64,000 bases of DNA from Lama glama. Taxonomy: Eukaryota. Positions within the stretch are counted from its first letter, which is position 1. The number at the start of each line of letters is the position of its first letter. The position numbers were made by a program, and so were the translations under genes. Positions 1-13,289 of this stretch are shown here, piece after piece. The stretch is from contig CM052817.1 in NCBI GenBank assembly GCA_028534125.1, positions 84,756,001 through 84,820,000 of the forward strand. Direction: 5' to 3'. The notes beneath the pieces were generated by a model that was not told the DNA's origin, did not search any database, and was given only the letters and a program-made list of their open reading frames with translations.

Positions 1-537
1 CTGCCATGGAGATTTGTGTGTGGGAGGTTTCTTGCAGAATATTGTCTGGATCAACACAAGCGAGGGGGTGAAGAAAGGAGGAAGGAGTACAGGGAGAAGT
101 CAAACAGTGAAGTTGGCATAACAAAGACGGCAAAGGCTCTTTACAGTTGTCCTGAACTGGGGTGGGGTAAGGGGCTTAACACTTTTTGTCTAGATCAGTC
201 TTGTATGAGAGATGTCCTTGGGAAAGGGATGTGACCTGACTCAGCTGAGAGCTTCGGCTGCCAACGCTCCCTGCAGCGGTGCACTGGTAAACCAGCGCTC
301 TGGGAAAAAAACAAAACAAAAACAACCACAAAACTCTTATTTTTTGGTTTGCTGATTTCTATAGTGTGAAGAGTCCCATCATGGCTGATTTCAAACCACT
401 GTTATGATGCCACTGAATGAGAGTTGGGAAGAAATGTTCACAGTTGACTCTCACAAAGCAGTAAGAGCGGCCCCAGCACATCATCGGTTCAGCCCTCGGG
501 GGAGGGACCTTGATAGCACACTGTGGTATCCACCACA
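1..537 (-). mobile_element. Old ERVL-type LTR fragment, interrupted by MER63-like element
   Basis: Resembles reverse-strand ERVL LTRs from memory. The sequence resumes after 486 and ends in ...tatccaccaca. Family uncertain. Confidence 0.4.
274..486 (-). mobile_element. MER63-like hAT (Blackjack) DNA transposon
   Basis: Starts cagcggtgcactggtaaacc, contains cccatcatggctgatttcaa and gagttgggaagaaatg, ends ccagcacatcatcg. Matches recalled MER63A in reverse with degenerate terminal inverted repeats. Confidence 0.7.
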
Positions 538-3074
538 ATGACTTCTTTTCACATAAAGAAATACTTTTAAAACTTTCAGAATTTTCAGCTACATTGGGCA
601 CACCATAATAAATAGTTGCAAATTTCAATTCAGTGAAATTAAATCACCCAGAGTGAGAAAGTCATTTATATTCTATGATATCCCAACAGCCTATTCTTAT
701 TTGGCAGTTTCAGGCTCGGAACCAACAACAACATCTGCTGGCAATTTATTCTCTATTATCTTCTGCCTACTACTTAACCTACTGGATCAAACAATTCTAT
801 GCTCACTGTTCTCTATCCACCTGTAAGTTGGAGTGCTCACTTGTAAAAATTTAAATGGAACTTCAGAAAAATTTTCACACCCTTATTGGAATGTCATTAT
901 AAAAATTTCAACGATGTGATAATTATTTCCCCCAATCCACTGCTCTTTTGGCCAATTTATAATTTATTTCCCTACGATTTCAGCCTGATTGACTTTCTGA
1001 AGGCTTAGGAAGGGCAAGCAGTATAAAAGAACTGCTGAAAATAAAGTGGAGAGTGCTGAATGATGGTGCACGCTGTTGACGATTTGCTTTCCTGGAACCC
1101 ATTGAGACTGCTGACCTCAGAGCCTGATTTGCTTTTCTCACACATTCATCAGAGATTGGCCTGTCTTCTATCTGGAACTGCCTCCTCCCTTGTCCACTGT
1201 GGAAACGAATGTTGTAACACAACCTCTCTCATTCCTGTCTCTAGCTCAAGAAAAGATTGTGTGCTTGCAATGTAGGAGATGTGCACTCCATATCTATTGC
1301 TTTGTTGGATTAGTCTAACAAGTAAAAGAAAGCAGATAGGGCCTGTGAAATGACACAAAAGGAATTTTCAGAACAATAAGGTATTTTCACTCTTTATGAT
1401 AATAGTTATATCTAGTATTCACTGAGGTGTAAAATAGACCCTAGTTTGATTTTTCACCCATTTAATTTCTTAGTTTGTTTCCTATGAATTGGTGGGTTTC
1501 ATTATTTCTGGGGATGGCCCCCAGAATTGTCTGATCTGAGACGAGGAAGCCCCACCATGCATACCATCCTCTAGCTTGCTCTACTAATTGGCGAGGCCCC
1601 AGCTGGGATTTGGGATGCTCACGTGGCTGTGCTCCAGTTCATGGGAAGGGGAGAAGTCCAGAGTAAGAGATTTCTTTTTGACAAAGATGCAATGAACTTT
1701 TAAAATGCAAGTGTTATTTCTACTCACATTCCACTGGGAGCTGGGAAAATGTAATTTCTTAACTGGGTGGCCATGAAATTATGTGAGGACAGATTTGGGG
1801 GAATGGCTTGCAGTCTGCCACTCTGACTCCCTAAATATCCACGTACACATTTCTTACCTTCTTCTTGTGTCCCAAGGGAGACGGTCCAAAGTCCAACCCA
1901 GTACTGCATCAGATCTAAGTTTAGGAACTCTGGGTGATGATGGATAATTCTCTTCAATAGGTCCTGGTGATGTTCTTTGTGGTCTGGTGATGATAAACCG
2001 ATAGACAAATTATCAGCCAAAAAATGATAACTGCAATTCAAAACTCTCATTCATAAAACAGAAGAATTGGAAACATAGCAGTCCTCAGTTATTACAAAGC
2101 CCTCCTGCCCCAGCAGTGGGGTATGGTTTGCAGTTATCCCATCTGCCACCCCACTTGTGCCTGCTGAGAGCGCTACCTTGTTCTGCTTTCCTCTGTGAAC
2201 CCCAGCTTTATCCTTTGTAAGAGTCTCACTTGTTAGTGTTTCTCTATCTGGAGCAGGTACTGAAAAGTTAAGTTTTTGCAGTCTACTCTGACTGAAGTAA
2301 GCCTGGTGCCTAGACTGTTGGCAGACTTGTGATTTCTTTGGTAATACAATTTCCTAAAAATATATAGGCTTCCAACCTATTTGCTTCCATTCATTTCTAT
2401 TGACAGGTAACCATTAATAAAGGTTTCTTTCTAGACATAGTCCTTATGTCTGCTGATTCTCTTTTATTTGCAGGCAGGCATCTCTGCCCAGTGCACTCCC
2501 CACAGTTCTTCAGTTAGACTTGGCTTGGGAGGTGACACCCTGATGTCAGTGCTGGATGCATCTCATGCCAAGGTGTCTTCGCAGGAGGTGTTTGAGAGAA
2601 GGTCCAGGTGATAGAAATATGCTCCCCTATCCTTGGTGTAGAACCAATCCAGTTTGTGTTTCCAATCCTGTGAATCTCCAAATTGCTGGATTCTCAGGTG
2701 ATTTAGATTTCAGAGTATAGGCAGAGAGTGTCTTACTTAGTGGATCTGTAGCTCTTCATGTGTCTGCTTTCAAACTGACAAATTCTTGCCTGTGTCTCTT
2801 TCTTAGCTATCTTATTAAAAGTGGCAAGGAACAGCCAACCTCTGAATTTCTGGGTGTTTCCCACCACTTCCTCCAGAGCCGCAGGCTCCTTGGGTGTGCT
2901 TTCTGAGGTGACGGGGTGAGAGTGTTGTTAACTGCTTTACCGGGCATAACAAGGGCCACGGAAGACTAGCAGGCTGGGTCTAGGTTTTCACTGCCCACCA
3001 GCTAATTTCTAAACCGGTTTAGAAATGAATTTTAGGTTTTGTTACTTAGTGTCCTGCTTTCAGGTACTAATTTC

Positions 3075-3245
3075 TGTATTAATCAAGCTAAGTCAAGGTA
3101 AAAGGTATGTCGCTATAACAAAGAGGTATCAAAATGTGACTTATGTAAGAAGTTTTAGTTTGGCTAATCCAGGCTCTCAGGGTAGTTCTGCTACTCAAGA
3201 GCACTGGTAGACCTAGATTTCTTCCATTTTTGTCCTTCCATCAAC
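3075..3245 (-). mobile_element. Degraded MaLR (MLT1-type) LTR fragment
   Basis: tgtattaatc...gctataacaaa start and ttcttccat motif resemble old MLT1 subfamilies. Confidence 0.4.
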
Positions 3246-6200
3246 CCCCACAAATGGTTGTTTTTATGGAAGAGAAAGAGAATGGATTTGTGGGAACCAA
3301 CTAGTAGCTTGCCAAAATCGTTAGCAAGTAGGCCCAGAATGTTTCAAGAAAGATTAATTAATATTTTAGAAATCACTACACTATGCCATCAATCTCATTG
3401 TTTTCCTGTTTCACAAAAGATAAGAATCTTAAGCCATTTTCCACAAGTCCCTTTTTGAGTAGAATCATGAAATCATCCAGCTGGATGAAATCATTTAATA
3501 AGCTCCTATAGGGGGCATTTGTGGGATATTTGGGTAGTTGAAATGTCTGGAGACTGTTACTACAATTCAGTGCCCAAAAGGCTTGAATTATAAGCGAGGG
3601 ACATGACCTCAAAACAGAGTATTGTACCACACAAAATGTGTGAAAGACTAAATTTCCTAATTCACAGCCCTCATTTTCAGGTCATTAGTATCAGAACTGA
3701 GACAAAAACATAGATTTTCTGACTGTCTGTTAGGTTCACTTTCTAAAATCCAGTCCTTGAGAATAGTCTTGGGGAAAATTACACTTTAAAAATTAAAAAA
3801 AAATTTTACTGTGCTTTTGGTTGCCACCTGTTCTCTAGCAGCAGGACCTTACCTGCATAATTCTGTCCTTTCTACCATACTTGAAGAGTAAAAAAAATCT
3901 GTTAAAAATAGAATGACAGTTGTAGGGGAAGGAAACAAAAATCTAAATACAGTATCTCTATATGCATATTTAAATAGGGATATAAACAGACAAATATAGA
4001 CTATGACCGTAAAGCAGTAAGACTTTATTTTGGTATGAGGTTTGTGGCATCAATCTCATTGCTTCCTACTCAGGCTTATGTATATGAAGGCCTGTGCTTT
4101 CCTATTCAAATAAAGAAGGCCTGGGAGTGACGGGCAGAGGCATCCAGGTGGGAGCGATTGAGCCCATGGGCAATGAGCAGAAGCCTGTGGACTGAGTGTC
4201 AGGGCAGAGGCTTGGTGATTAGGAGGCTGAGACCAAAGAACCAAGGGAAGCAGAGGAGGCAAGGGAGAGACCCCGAGTAGGGCAGACCTCTGAGACTGCA
4301 GAAGCCTGCCAGCAGCAGGCTTGCATGCAGGCAAGCAAGCAGGGAAACAAGCCGTGGTGCACCGGGGAAAGGAGGGCTCAGCTCTGGGATGTTGCTGCAA
4401 ACCACGTAACAACAACAAAATATAGCAGAAACAAAACACAGCCATATCAACAGTAGCAGTGAATACCATACTAGGATTCCTAGGGAAAGCCACTGTGTCT
4501 CCTGGAAGGGAGAGAGAAGTAAGGAGTGGTAAATATGTTATCTTGACTGGAGGCATAAAAGTTAGACATCAGAGCACATTGCGACATATTTACCTTGTCC
4601 AGTGGAGTATGCAAAAGAGCATGTGGTGGCTGCAGGTCCAGCAGTGCCACAGAGGAGGGGCAATAGCACCGTTTGGCTTAGTACCTTTGTGTCTTGCCCT
4701 TTCATGTATTGTTTAAGCAGTGGAAAAAATCTGATGAAAATAGAGACGATAGTTTTTGGAGAAGGAAATATAAAACTAAATACATTATGTATACATGCAT
4801 AAATAGGACTGAAAACACAGAAATATGGGAGAAGATACAGTGAGAAGACTGTGCCACTGGCAGTAGAGTCTGCTTCAGGAGAGGCTACAAAGATGCATCC
4901 TTTTCTCTAGGTTCCTGAGTTGTTTATTTTAATTTGCTGAGAAAGTTGAGAACATGTGAACTTGCTCACTCTTTTTAGAATCTGAGACTGATAGGTTCTG
5001 GAGCTCCTTTGAGTTCCCTATAATGTTCTGATTTCAAATAGTTTCGTATATGGTTGGGGAAAAAAAGTGTAAGGAACTTTTTTTTTGCCTCCTTAAAAAC
5101 CCACCCCATCTTTACTGTTGTACAGTTGCTGCTAACTGGCATTTTCCAATCTGGCACCAGGGAAGATCACATGTATGGACTTTCTTTTTGTTACCTACTC
5201 TTTTTCTCAGACCCTAGCACAATTGGACTTCAGTCTTTTCTCTGTGAATGACACCTTCTCCTTCCCAGACACATAGAATTATTTTAGTTTTTTTCTTTTT
5301 TTCTTTTTTTTTGAGATAGCTTCAGTTGAACAGCTTACTTAGTGGGCGTGTTTGAAAGATGAGCTGGCTAGCCACTCACCAACCCACATATCAGATTTCA
5401 CTTAGTTTGTGTGGTCTGTTCTGGAGTTCAAGACTTTAGAATGAAAGGAAGTGGGAGATCAGTAACTCGAGATCATTCTTCCTTCCCTCCATGGCTGAAA
5501 TTTCTTGCTGCCATTAACTGCACAGCCACGGTTGACTCATGGCAGCCAGGGTGGCAATAGCTTGTCACTATTGTCACTAGAAGTTGCGTCCTCACTCTTC
5601 AGGCTCCTGTGCCACAATTGCTTAAATCGACCAGGTATTTCTTTGCCTTCCTCTGGCTAGATTCAAGCCTGCACCATGTCCAGTGATCAGTCTGGCTTCT
5701 GAGAGAGAATTAAGAGAGAGAATCTTGGAAAGTTAGAGTTTTAAGGGAGATTAAGGATCATCTACTTCACCTTTTCTTTTGTAGACTGGAGAAAGGAATC
5801 TTGCGAAACAGCTGTGGAAGCTGGTAAGGGCAATGTTAGTCCTGGAACCCAGGTCTCCTGATCTATTTCCAAGAGGCCATGCATATTTCCTTGCCATCAG
5901 AAGGAGTCTGCACAATGGTATCCAAGTATTTGCTCTATAAATAGACTTCTCAGGGTGATTTATTCTTCATAGTCTATATAATAACACTGTTGCTAGCAGC
6001 AATTTTCTGCCACTGCATAGTTAGCAAACAGAAGAATGAAAAATCCCTATCCCCTCCTTTTCTTTTCCTTTCTGTTTTGTGACTTTTCTCCAGGGTAGAC
6101 CTGAATGTAAAAAGAAGAGGGATGTTTGAATCCCTCTTCTTTGCCCTGTGTAATTTTTGTATTTGGGGAGAAAAATTATATCCTTGTTCCAATTTCCTGG

Positions 6201-7579
6201 GAAGGCAGTGGATTCCTGTGCCCCGGTGGAAATCTCCTCTTCTCTTCATTTCAGTATCCTCTCAGATTTAATCTTGAAGTGCAAAGTGTCAATTGACTGC
6301 CTTGGCTGGTATCTCGAGTTGCTCGACGCCATTGTTACTGGAATCATGGAAATTATTCCTCACAGATGGCTTCTCCGGGTGACAGTGTCTCAGCAAAAAC
6401 ATTTTCAGGTGTGTTTCCTGATGGGTGCCTGGAACTGTGACTACCATATGGTGGCAAGAGCAGCATCTGCGTATCTTCTGGATAGTAAGAACCGGAAGAG
6501 CATTTGTTAGTGATGTGTGGGAACCCCAGAGGTCTGGGTATGCGGTCGTAGTGCACTGTTCTCTTTATTTGTTCATTTATTTATGCTTTTTCATTTAGCA
6601 AATATTTAGTGCTGGGCATACTGCGCTAAATGAGACACAATCCCTGCTCTCCAGGAGCTTACAGTTTAGCTGGGGAGATGGATAAAAATGTGAATGATTC
6701 TATATAACCTGGTGTGATAATTACTCTGAAAAAGGCAAATTGGAAGAATCATGGAAGATGCTCAAAGAGATTGCATTTCATTTGATCTGTGAGGGCAGAG
6801 AAATCTTTCAGGCATGGTGATGCTTGAGTGAGCATTTAAGGATGGATAGACATGGACCTGGTAGTCAGGGAGGAAAAGAAGCCCCATGCAGAGGAGAGAG
6901 CAGTGCATGGCACAAAGGAGGGAGAAAACATTTCCTCTTGGAAAACTGATTTTGATGTGGCAGAGGAGGGGCTATGTGAGGGAAAAGACTGGAAAAGCAG
7001 TGGAGACCCAGATCACAGGCAGCCTTCTCAGTCAAACCTAGACTTTGTACTTTACTGTGAATTTGACGGAAGCTACTGAAACATAACCAGATTTGTGGAT
7101 TGGAAAACTGACCTGGGGAATAAGATGAGTTTTGTTGGAGGTTGTGAGACTGAAGGCAGAGAGATGGGTTTAAAATCAACTGTGGTAGTTTACACAAAAA
7201 TGTTGGTGGCTTGAAATAAGGCTGTCATAGATGGGGATAGACAGAGGGGTTCAGAGCTTCTTCTAGTGTGAGAATTGTCAGGACTCGGTAACTGGCTGAA
7301 TGTAGAGAAGGAAGCAAACTAGAGTGTCATTCAGCAGCTGAATTGGGACAGGAAGCGAAAGGGCAGGTTATCTGATGGGGGTGAGCTTGGGGTTGGGGAA
7401 CAAAGTGAAATGCCTGTGGTGCATGTATGAGGATCTGTCTGGGAGGTGGTGAACACGTACGTCTTTAGCTCAGCAGTGATATTAGGCTAGAGATATAGAC
7501 TTGTTGTTTGATGGCAAATTTTTGCTGGGTAAAATTCTGCCTCTGGATAGGGCAACCAGGAAGAGAGCTAAATGAAATA

Positions 7580-7800
7580 GTGATTATGAATCAGACTTCC
7601 TGGATTCAAATCCCAGCTCTGCCACATATGGGCTGTGTAACTCTGGGCAAGTTGCCTCACTTCTTTAAACCTTGGTTTCCTTTTCTGTAAAATGGGAATA
7701 ATCATGGTAACCACCTCATGCATCATGTGGAATCCTTAGTCAAGTGCCTGGCACATTGTAAATGCCAATCAATATTGGCTACTATTATTGCTGTTATTAA
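7580..7800 (+). mobile_element. MIR SINE
   Basis: ggattcaaatcccagctctgccac...gggcaagttgcctcac...ctgtaaaatgggaataat...gtgcctggcacattgtaa, the MIR core and 3' end. Confidence 0.85.
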
Positions 7801-7958
7801 ATTGAGAGTCTAAGGTAGGAGCTGAAAAGAGGATTGCAGATGAGGGATATTTAACATTTTAGAGAGAAGCAGAGTGAGAGGAATAGCAGGAACACTGAGG
7901 GTAAACCATGAACAACTTAGAACTAGGGAAGGGAATACATTTCAAAAACAAGTAGCCA

Positions 7959-8481
7959 CCCAATGTTCATGGCAGCATTATTTACAATTGCCAAAATATG
8001 GAAGCAACCTAAGTGTCCATCAACAGATGAATGGATGAAGAAGGTGTGGTATGTGTGTGTGTATATACACACATACTCACACACAATGGAATGCTACTTA
8101 GCCACAAAAAAGAATGAAATTTTGCCATTTGCAGCTACCTGGATGGACTTGGAAGGCATGATGCTAAGTGAAATAAGTCAGAGAGAGAAAGACAAATACT
8201 GTATGATATCACTTATATGTAGAATCTAAAAATACAATGAATTAGTGAATATAATAAAAGAAGCAGATTCATAGATATAGAGAAGAAAATAGTGGTTACC
8301 CTTGGAGAGAGGGAAGGGGGTGCAGTCTAGGGGTAGGGCAGTGGGAGGTATAAACTATTATTGGGTGTTAGGCCCAAGGATATTCTGTGCAACATGGGGA
8401 ATATAGCCAATATTTTATAATAAGTGTAAATGGAAAGCAACCTTTAAAAATTGTATATAAAATTTTAAAAGTTAAAAAAAA
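7959..8481 (+). mobile_element. 5'-truncated L1 (ORF2 C-terminus, 3' UTR, A tail)
   Basis: ORF 7963-8229 MFMAALFTIAKIWKQPKCPSTDEW is the L1 ORF2 end. A-rich tail. Degenerate TSD aaaaacaagtagcca (7944-7958) / agaaataagtggcca (8482-8496), 12/15. Confidence 0.93.
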
Positions 8482-8989
8482 AGAAATAAGTGGCCAACAA
8501 TCTCAAATAGTACTGTGAGCTCAAGAAACAGTAGGTTTGGCAAACAGTGTGATACTCTTCAAGGATAAACACATTGGAGGGTGGAAACAGAAGGCAGACC
8601 CTAGAGGATTTAAAAGTAAATGGAAGATGAAATGATAGAGACTGGAGTATAGAATACTGTTTAATAAGTTTGGCTATAAAAATTTTAAAAATCTCAGTAT
8701 CTGAGGAGGTTTTGAAGAAGAGAAAGGATTTTTGTTAAGTTGGGAGGAAACTGGCAAGTTCATAAACTGAAGGAAAAGAAATACATGCAGGATGGTGAGA
8801 ACCAGGTTAGAACTACATTGATCTCTCCGTCCTGTGCCAGGTAAAGTGTGTCATGTCCTGACGTCCAAGGTCAAGGGAGAAAAGAGGAAGACAACCAACT
8901 TTAGCTGATTTCCAGACGTTGTGTAAGGTGCTTTCCAATTAATCACTTATTGAATTTCCATGGAGACTTGGCAAAAGAGTTGCCCAGTA

Positions 8990-9115
8990 ATAATTCCTAT
9001 TTTCCATCCAAAGAAACTCAGACTTACAGAGAGTAGGTAATTCACCCAAGGTCACACATAAATGCTGGGAATTTGACCATGCTCTGTTGCTTTCAAAACT
9101 TATGCCTCCTGAGCT
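8990..9115 (-). mobile_element. MIR fragment
   Basis: aagaaactcagac...taattcacccaaggtcacaca...gggaatttgacc, reverse MIR core. Confidence 0.65.
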
Positions 9116-9177
9116 ATTTAGTGGTTTCATTTATGCAAAAGATTTTTGAAGAGTGTATATTTATTATGATGAACGGT

Positions 9178-10214
9178 TGTAGCAAACAGTATCAGCACTC
9201 TGTCCATATCCCCTTAGATCCCCTCACCACTTGCCTGTACATTGTCTTTCATTGCTCTCTTTCCTTATAGCCAGACCTGTCCCTCTTTGTTGGAAAGCTG
9301 TCCTTAGGCTATCAGAGTATACTTTCCTGTGTGAAGAGTAGGAAATTCCTGGAAATTAGGTTCAATACTGCCACTCCATACTCCTAGCTCTTAACCAATG
9401 CTTGATGGTTGCCAGGGTGTAATACCTAGCTCTTTGTTCCCTGATGTAAAAACTCTGGGGTGTGACTTACACAGTCACCAGATTTCCCATGGGAAATTAA
9501 GCCAGTTGCCCTCTCTGGTACTTTGCTTGGTATCACATCTTAACTTGGCCTCTGTACTAGTTTCCTATTGCTGTTGTAGCAAAGCATCACAATTTTCATG
9601 ACTGAAAACAACAAACACTTCTAATTTTATAGTTCTGCAGAAGGCCTGTCTGGGTCTTGATAGGCAAAAAGATGTTGGCAGGACTGTGTTCTTTTTTTGT
9701 AGATGGAATGGGAGGATCCCTTTCTATGCAGAAATTCAGTTCCATGTGGCTGTGTTCTTGTTTCTTTGCTGGCTGTCAGCTGGGCCCCACTCTTAGCTCC
9801 TAGAGGCCTCTCTATGGTCCTTGCATGTAACCCCCAACATCTAAGAGCCAGCACAGGCCATCAGGCCCTTTGCTGCCATCTCCCTGGCCTACCTTCTTTC
9901 ATATTTACGGATTAGATTTTGGCCCATCCATGCAATCTTGGATAATTTCCCTATTTTACAATAGGCTGATTATTAACCTTAATCTCATCTGTAACCTTAT
10001 TTCCCTTTTGCCATATAAGGCAACATATTCATAACTTCTGTGTATTAGGAGGTGGGCATCTTTGGGAAGAGGTGTTATTCTGCCTACCACAATGTCTTCT
10101 TCTTGTGATCCCACTTCCACAATCCCCTAATTTTTTTCTGGAAGCACTTCCTAATAAATCACTTTCATAAATGATTCATTTGGGGCTCTGCTATTGGGGG
10201 ATCAACCTAAGACC
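9178..10214 (+). mobile_element. LTR16-like ERVL solo LTR split by an MLT1 insertion
   Basis: Begins tgtagca, contains agatcccctcacc, ends cacttcctaataaatcacttt...aacctaagac with AATAAA. Confidence 0.65.
9553..10091 (-). mobile_element. MLT1 (MaLR) solo LTR nested in LTR16-like element
   Basis: tgtactagtttcctattgctg...aaaacaacaaac start and gggcatctttggg...attctgcctaccaca end, TG...CA termini. Confidence 0.8.
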
Positions 10215-12069
10215 ACGATGAATGCTCTGAATTCATGAGTTGTCTTGGTTGCTGAATTGGGAGTAGCTGGTGGGGAGGTTAGGCCAGCACTCCAATCTGG
10301 GCGGAAAGCGACCACTCCTGTGCCTGTGTGTGCACCTGCTGGGCTCGTTGGCTTTCTGGCAGTCAGACAGGAGGAACAGGGGAGACCTTGCTAATGAGAT
10401 TCTCTCTGCTCACCTGAAATCCTCTGCACATTATCACATCATCAGCGTAGCACCCTCAGCAGCCTTGCCTACCAGCAAGTCTCTGTGTGCGGCATTTATA
10501 AATACAAGCATGCGGTTCTGCCACAACCGTCAAAGGCGGCAGCTCGTTAGTGAGCAGCAGATACCAGCCAGGGCTGGCCCAGCCCTGATACTATGTGGTG
10601 AGGCATAGAAAATGAACATGCCACCCGGTTCAGGGTCAATATGCAAAACAGAAAAGAGAAAAATGGAAGCTTGACAGCCTGTCACAGTGATTATTAGCTG
10701 TCTCCCAGAGTCTTGTGGGCTCCCAGCTCCATGTACACACTTAGCCTGTCAGCATTCTGTAACAGCTCTTTAGCACACACTCCTTTGCTGTGTGTATCAC
10801 TTGGGTCTGTTTCATCATGTGCCGAATTCCTCATCCTCCGGGCACATAGGAGCTCCAGTTACACCCACTGCAGCAAGGTCCCCAGTGGTGGAGGTGCACG
10901 TATTGAAACTTAGGACATATTCTGATGTTAGCCAGGCTAATCACAGGCTCTGCCAGGTGACAAAAGGAGAGGGGACTCAAACAGAGCACGCTTGCAGAGC
11001 AGAGTTTACATCTGGTCCTTGAAAATACCACTTCAGAAACCATTAGTTTGAAGGCGGTGACTGAAGGAGGACCCTGGGTAATGGTTGTAATAGGTGCCCC
11101 ATGCCTGCCTTTCCTCTGCCTGAAATCCCTTTCTTTCATCAACCTACAGCTCCACTTTATAAGTCCCTTTCTCTTTACAACAATCCTCACTCCCTGAAAT
11201 TTACACCTACATTCCAGACTCCACATGACAGCTACGTTCGTAATACCACCCATGAAAAGGCTTTTATGGTCTTGAATTTTATACTTCTCAACATTTTTCC
11301 CCCACTACTTTCAAAATATACATTCTTAATATCCCAACAAAGGGGAGCAGATTAAAAAAAGAGAAATACCGTAAAATAATTCAGTGAAGACCTAATAAAA
11401 GATGCAATCAATCAAGTGAGTGACAGTAGCAGTTTCTTTTAACATCAAATCTAATGGTTTCTTTTTCTAGTACAAAAGTGCTCCATTAACAGTGTGAGTC
11501 TTTTATTTAGGTAATTCACACGAGTGGTTGCCAGATGTAGTTTATTTTCAGGAGGGCACACTTATAGTAGCAACACACTGAGCAGAGACAGAGTTATCTC
11601 CATCTAACGTACTCTCTAATGACCTTTCAGAGTGAAAATAGCAGTGAAATCCTAAAACCGAGACCCTCAAAATCAGATCCAAGTAGCACTTCACATTTAA
11701 AATGATGGTTGGATGTCAGGGCTGGTCTACAGAGAATTGTGGAGTGATTCTTTGCCTCACCATCTATCCTCAGTGCACAGCCTTGATTTGCCAGAGCCTC
11801 CCCTGCACTGTGCAGCTGGGTCTGTCTCCGGCTTCATCTCTGTTCTGACTCCTCTGCTTCAATCAAAACTCACCTGTTTGAGCCCTCTTTCCCTCAAATG
11901 CTTCTTTTCTACTAGGTACTTCAATCAACTAATATTCACTAATGTATTTCACTCTGTGCAGTGATTGATAAGTTTCTACTCTGAGTGTCCATTAGTAAAG
12001 GACACCCTTTGAAGATGATGCCTTTAACCCAGAGCAGTGGCCACAATGGTGTCAAGCAGAGGGGGAAAT

Positions 12070-12305
12070 AAATGGACTTGGTTTCAGAGAGATTTGAGTT
12101 GAGATCCAGACTGGTTATGCATTAGCTAGTACCTTTGGATAGGATACATTTTCTGTGTCCAAGGAGTCTTATGTCCTATTTTGATGAAAGTGTGGATAAT
12201 AGTGCCTAAATGTTTCTTCTTTCAAAAAATATATATTTAGTGTCTACTGTTTTTAATGATTAAGTGAAAAGAGATAGATTAAAATATTTAATACAATGTC
12301 TAAGT
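12070..12305 (+). mobile_element. Degraded MIR
   Basis: tggacttggtttcagagagatttgagttgagatcc...attagct...ccttt pattern and aatgattaagtga. Confidence 0.45.
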
Positions 12306-12649
12306 GTAATTACCCTAGAAAGTTATTAAAAAGGTGGTGAGAATTCCCAAAGGAAGATAGTTTTGAGTTGTGTAATTTTTGTTCTACTTCAATTCATATC
12401 ATAAGTTAGCTGTTTACTCTAACTGAGGTGGGGCTGGCTTTGGGTGACATTTATCTAAGGTGCTTCAGAGATTGTCTGGGGACATTGAAATCTGATTCTA
12501 GTGAAACACAGTAGACAGTCCTACCCCAGGAAAAGATTAACTGAAGTTGAGAGGTAAGCAAATGCTTTAAATTAAAGATGACTTCTTATGAGTGAATGAA
12601 TGAATGGCTTCTCACATTAATAAACTTGAGGACACAAAGATTTAGGGAA

Positions 12650-12825
12650 AAAACTGTTCTAGGGTTAAGACAACTAGGGTTTTAATTCTGGGGTCTGTTA
12701 GTTAATAATTACATACCTTAAGAAAAGTTATTTAAACTTTCCATGCCGTAAATTTCTTCATTTGTCAAGTGTTTGGGGGTGTAGCAGGTTATCTCTAAGA
12801 TTGTTTCCATGTCAAGAATTCTCTA
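12650..12825 (+). mobile_element. Degraded MIR/MIR3
   Basis: gggttttaattctgg...aagttatttaaactttcc...tttcttcatttgtcaa core. Confidence 0.5.
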
Positions 12826-13289
12826 CAAACCTTGTTCTCATAACTTGCTTAAACATGTCATTATAAGAGCAGCCATTGCCCACATTATATTTAAATTGAT
12901 GCTTCATAAAACCTTTGTAAGCATGTCAACTTCTTTCTACCTTTCATTTTGCTAACTTTTCTCCCTTTTTTCTCCTCTTACCTTCTCTCACTCTCTCTAT
13001 TAAATCCCTGGTGTTGGATAGGACAGGCTATGTCTAGAATGTACTTTATATGTGGCTTGCTAGATGACAGCATCCTTGAGGGATTCAATCAACCTCTTTG
13101 TTAGTAGAAAGACAAGGAGAAGAATAACTCAGACAAATGAGTGGGATGCATTTCAAGAATGGGGAAGGAATGGTTTCTAAGCAACCAACAGTTCTAGGAT
13201 GAGGACAAGGCAGTGTGCTGAAGGTGAGCAGAAGGAAGAAGACCAGAGGCAAGCTATGTGGCTTGTCTGATAGGGCATAATAAGAGCAG

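Larger units (their letters stand above)
6565..8800 (-). mobile_element. Long degraded L2 LINE, interrupted by MIR and L1
   Basis: ttcatttatt..cattt tail followed by ccctgctctccaggagcttacagtttag (L2 3' end in reverse), then purine-rich L2 body. L2 text is continuous across the L1 insertion (catttcaa...agtggccaaca). Confidence 0.7.

Noticed and set aside
4056..4556. 166-aa minus-strand ORF
   Set aside because: Low-complexity Leu/Pro/Ser/Cys sequence from a purine-rich plus strand. No recognisable domain or exon structure.
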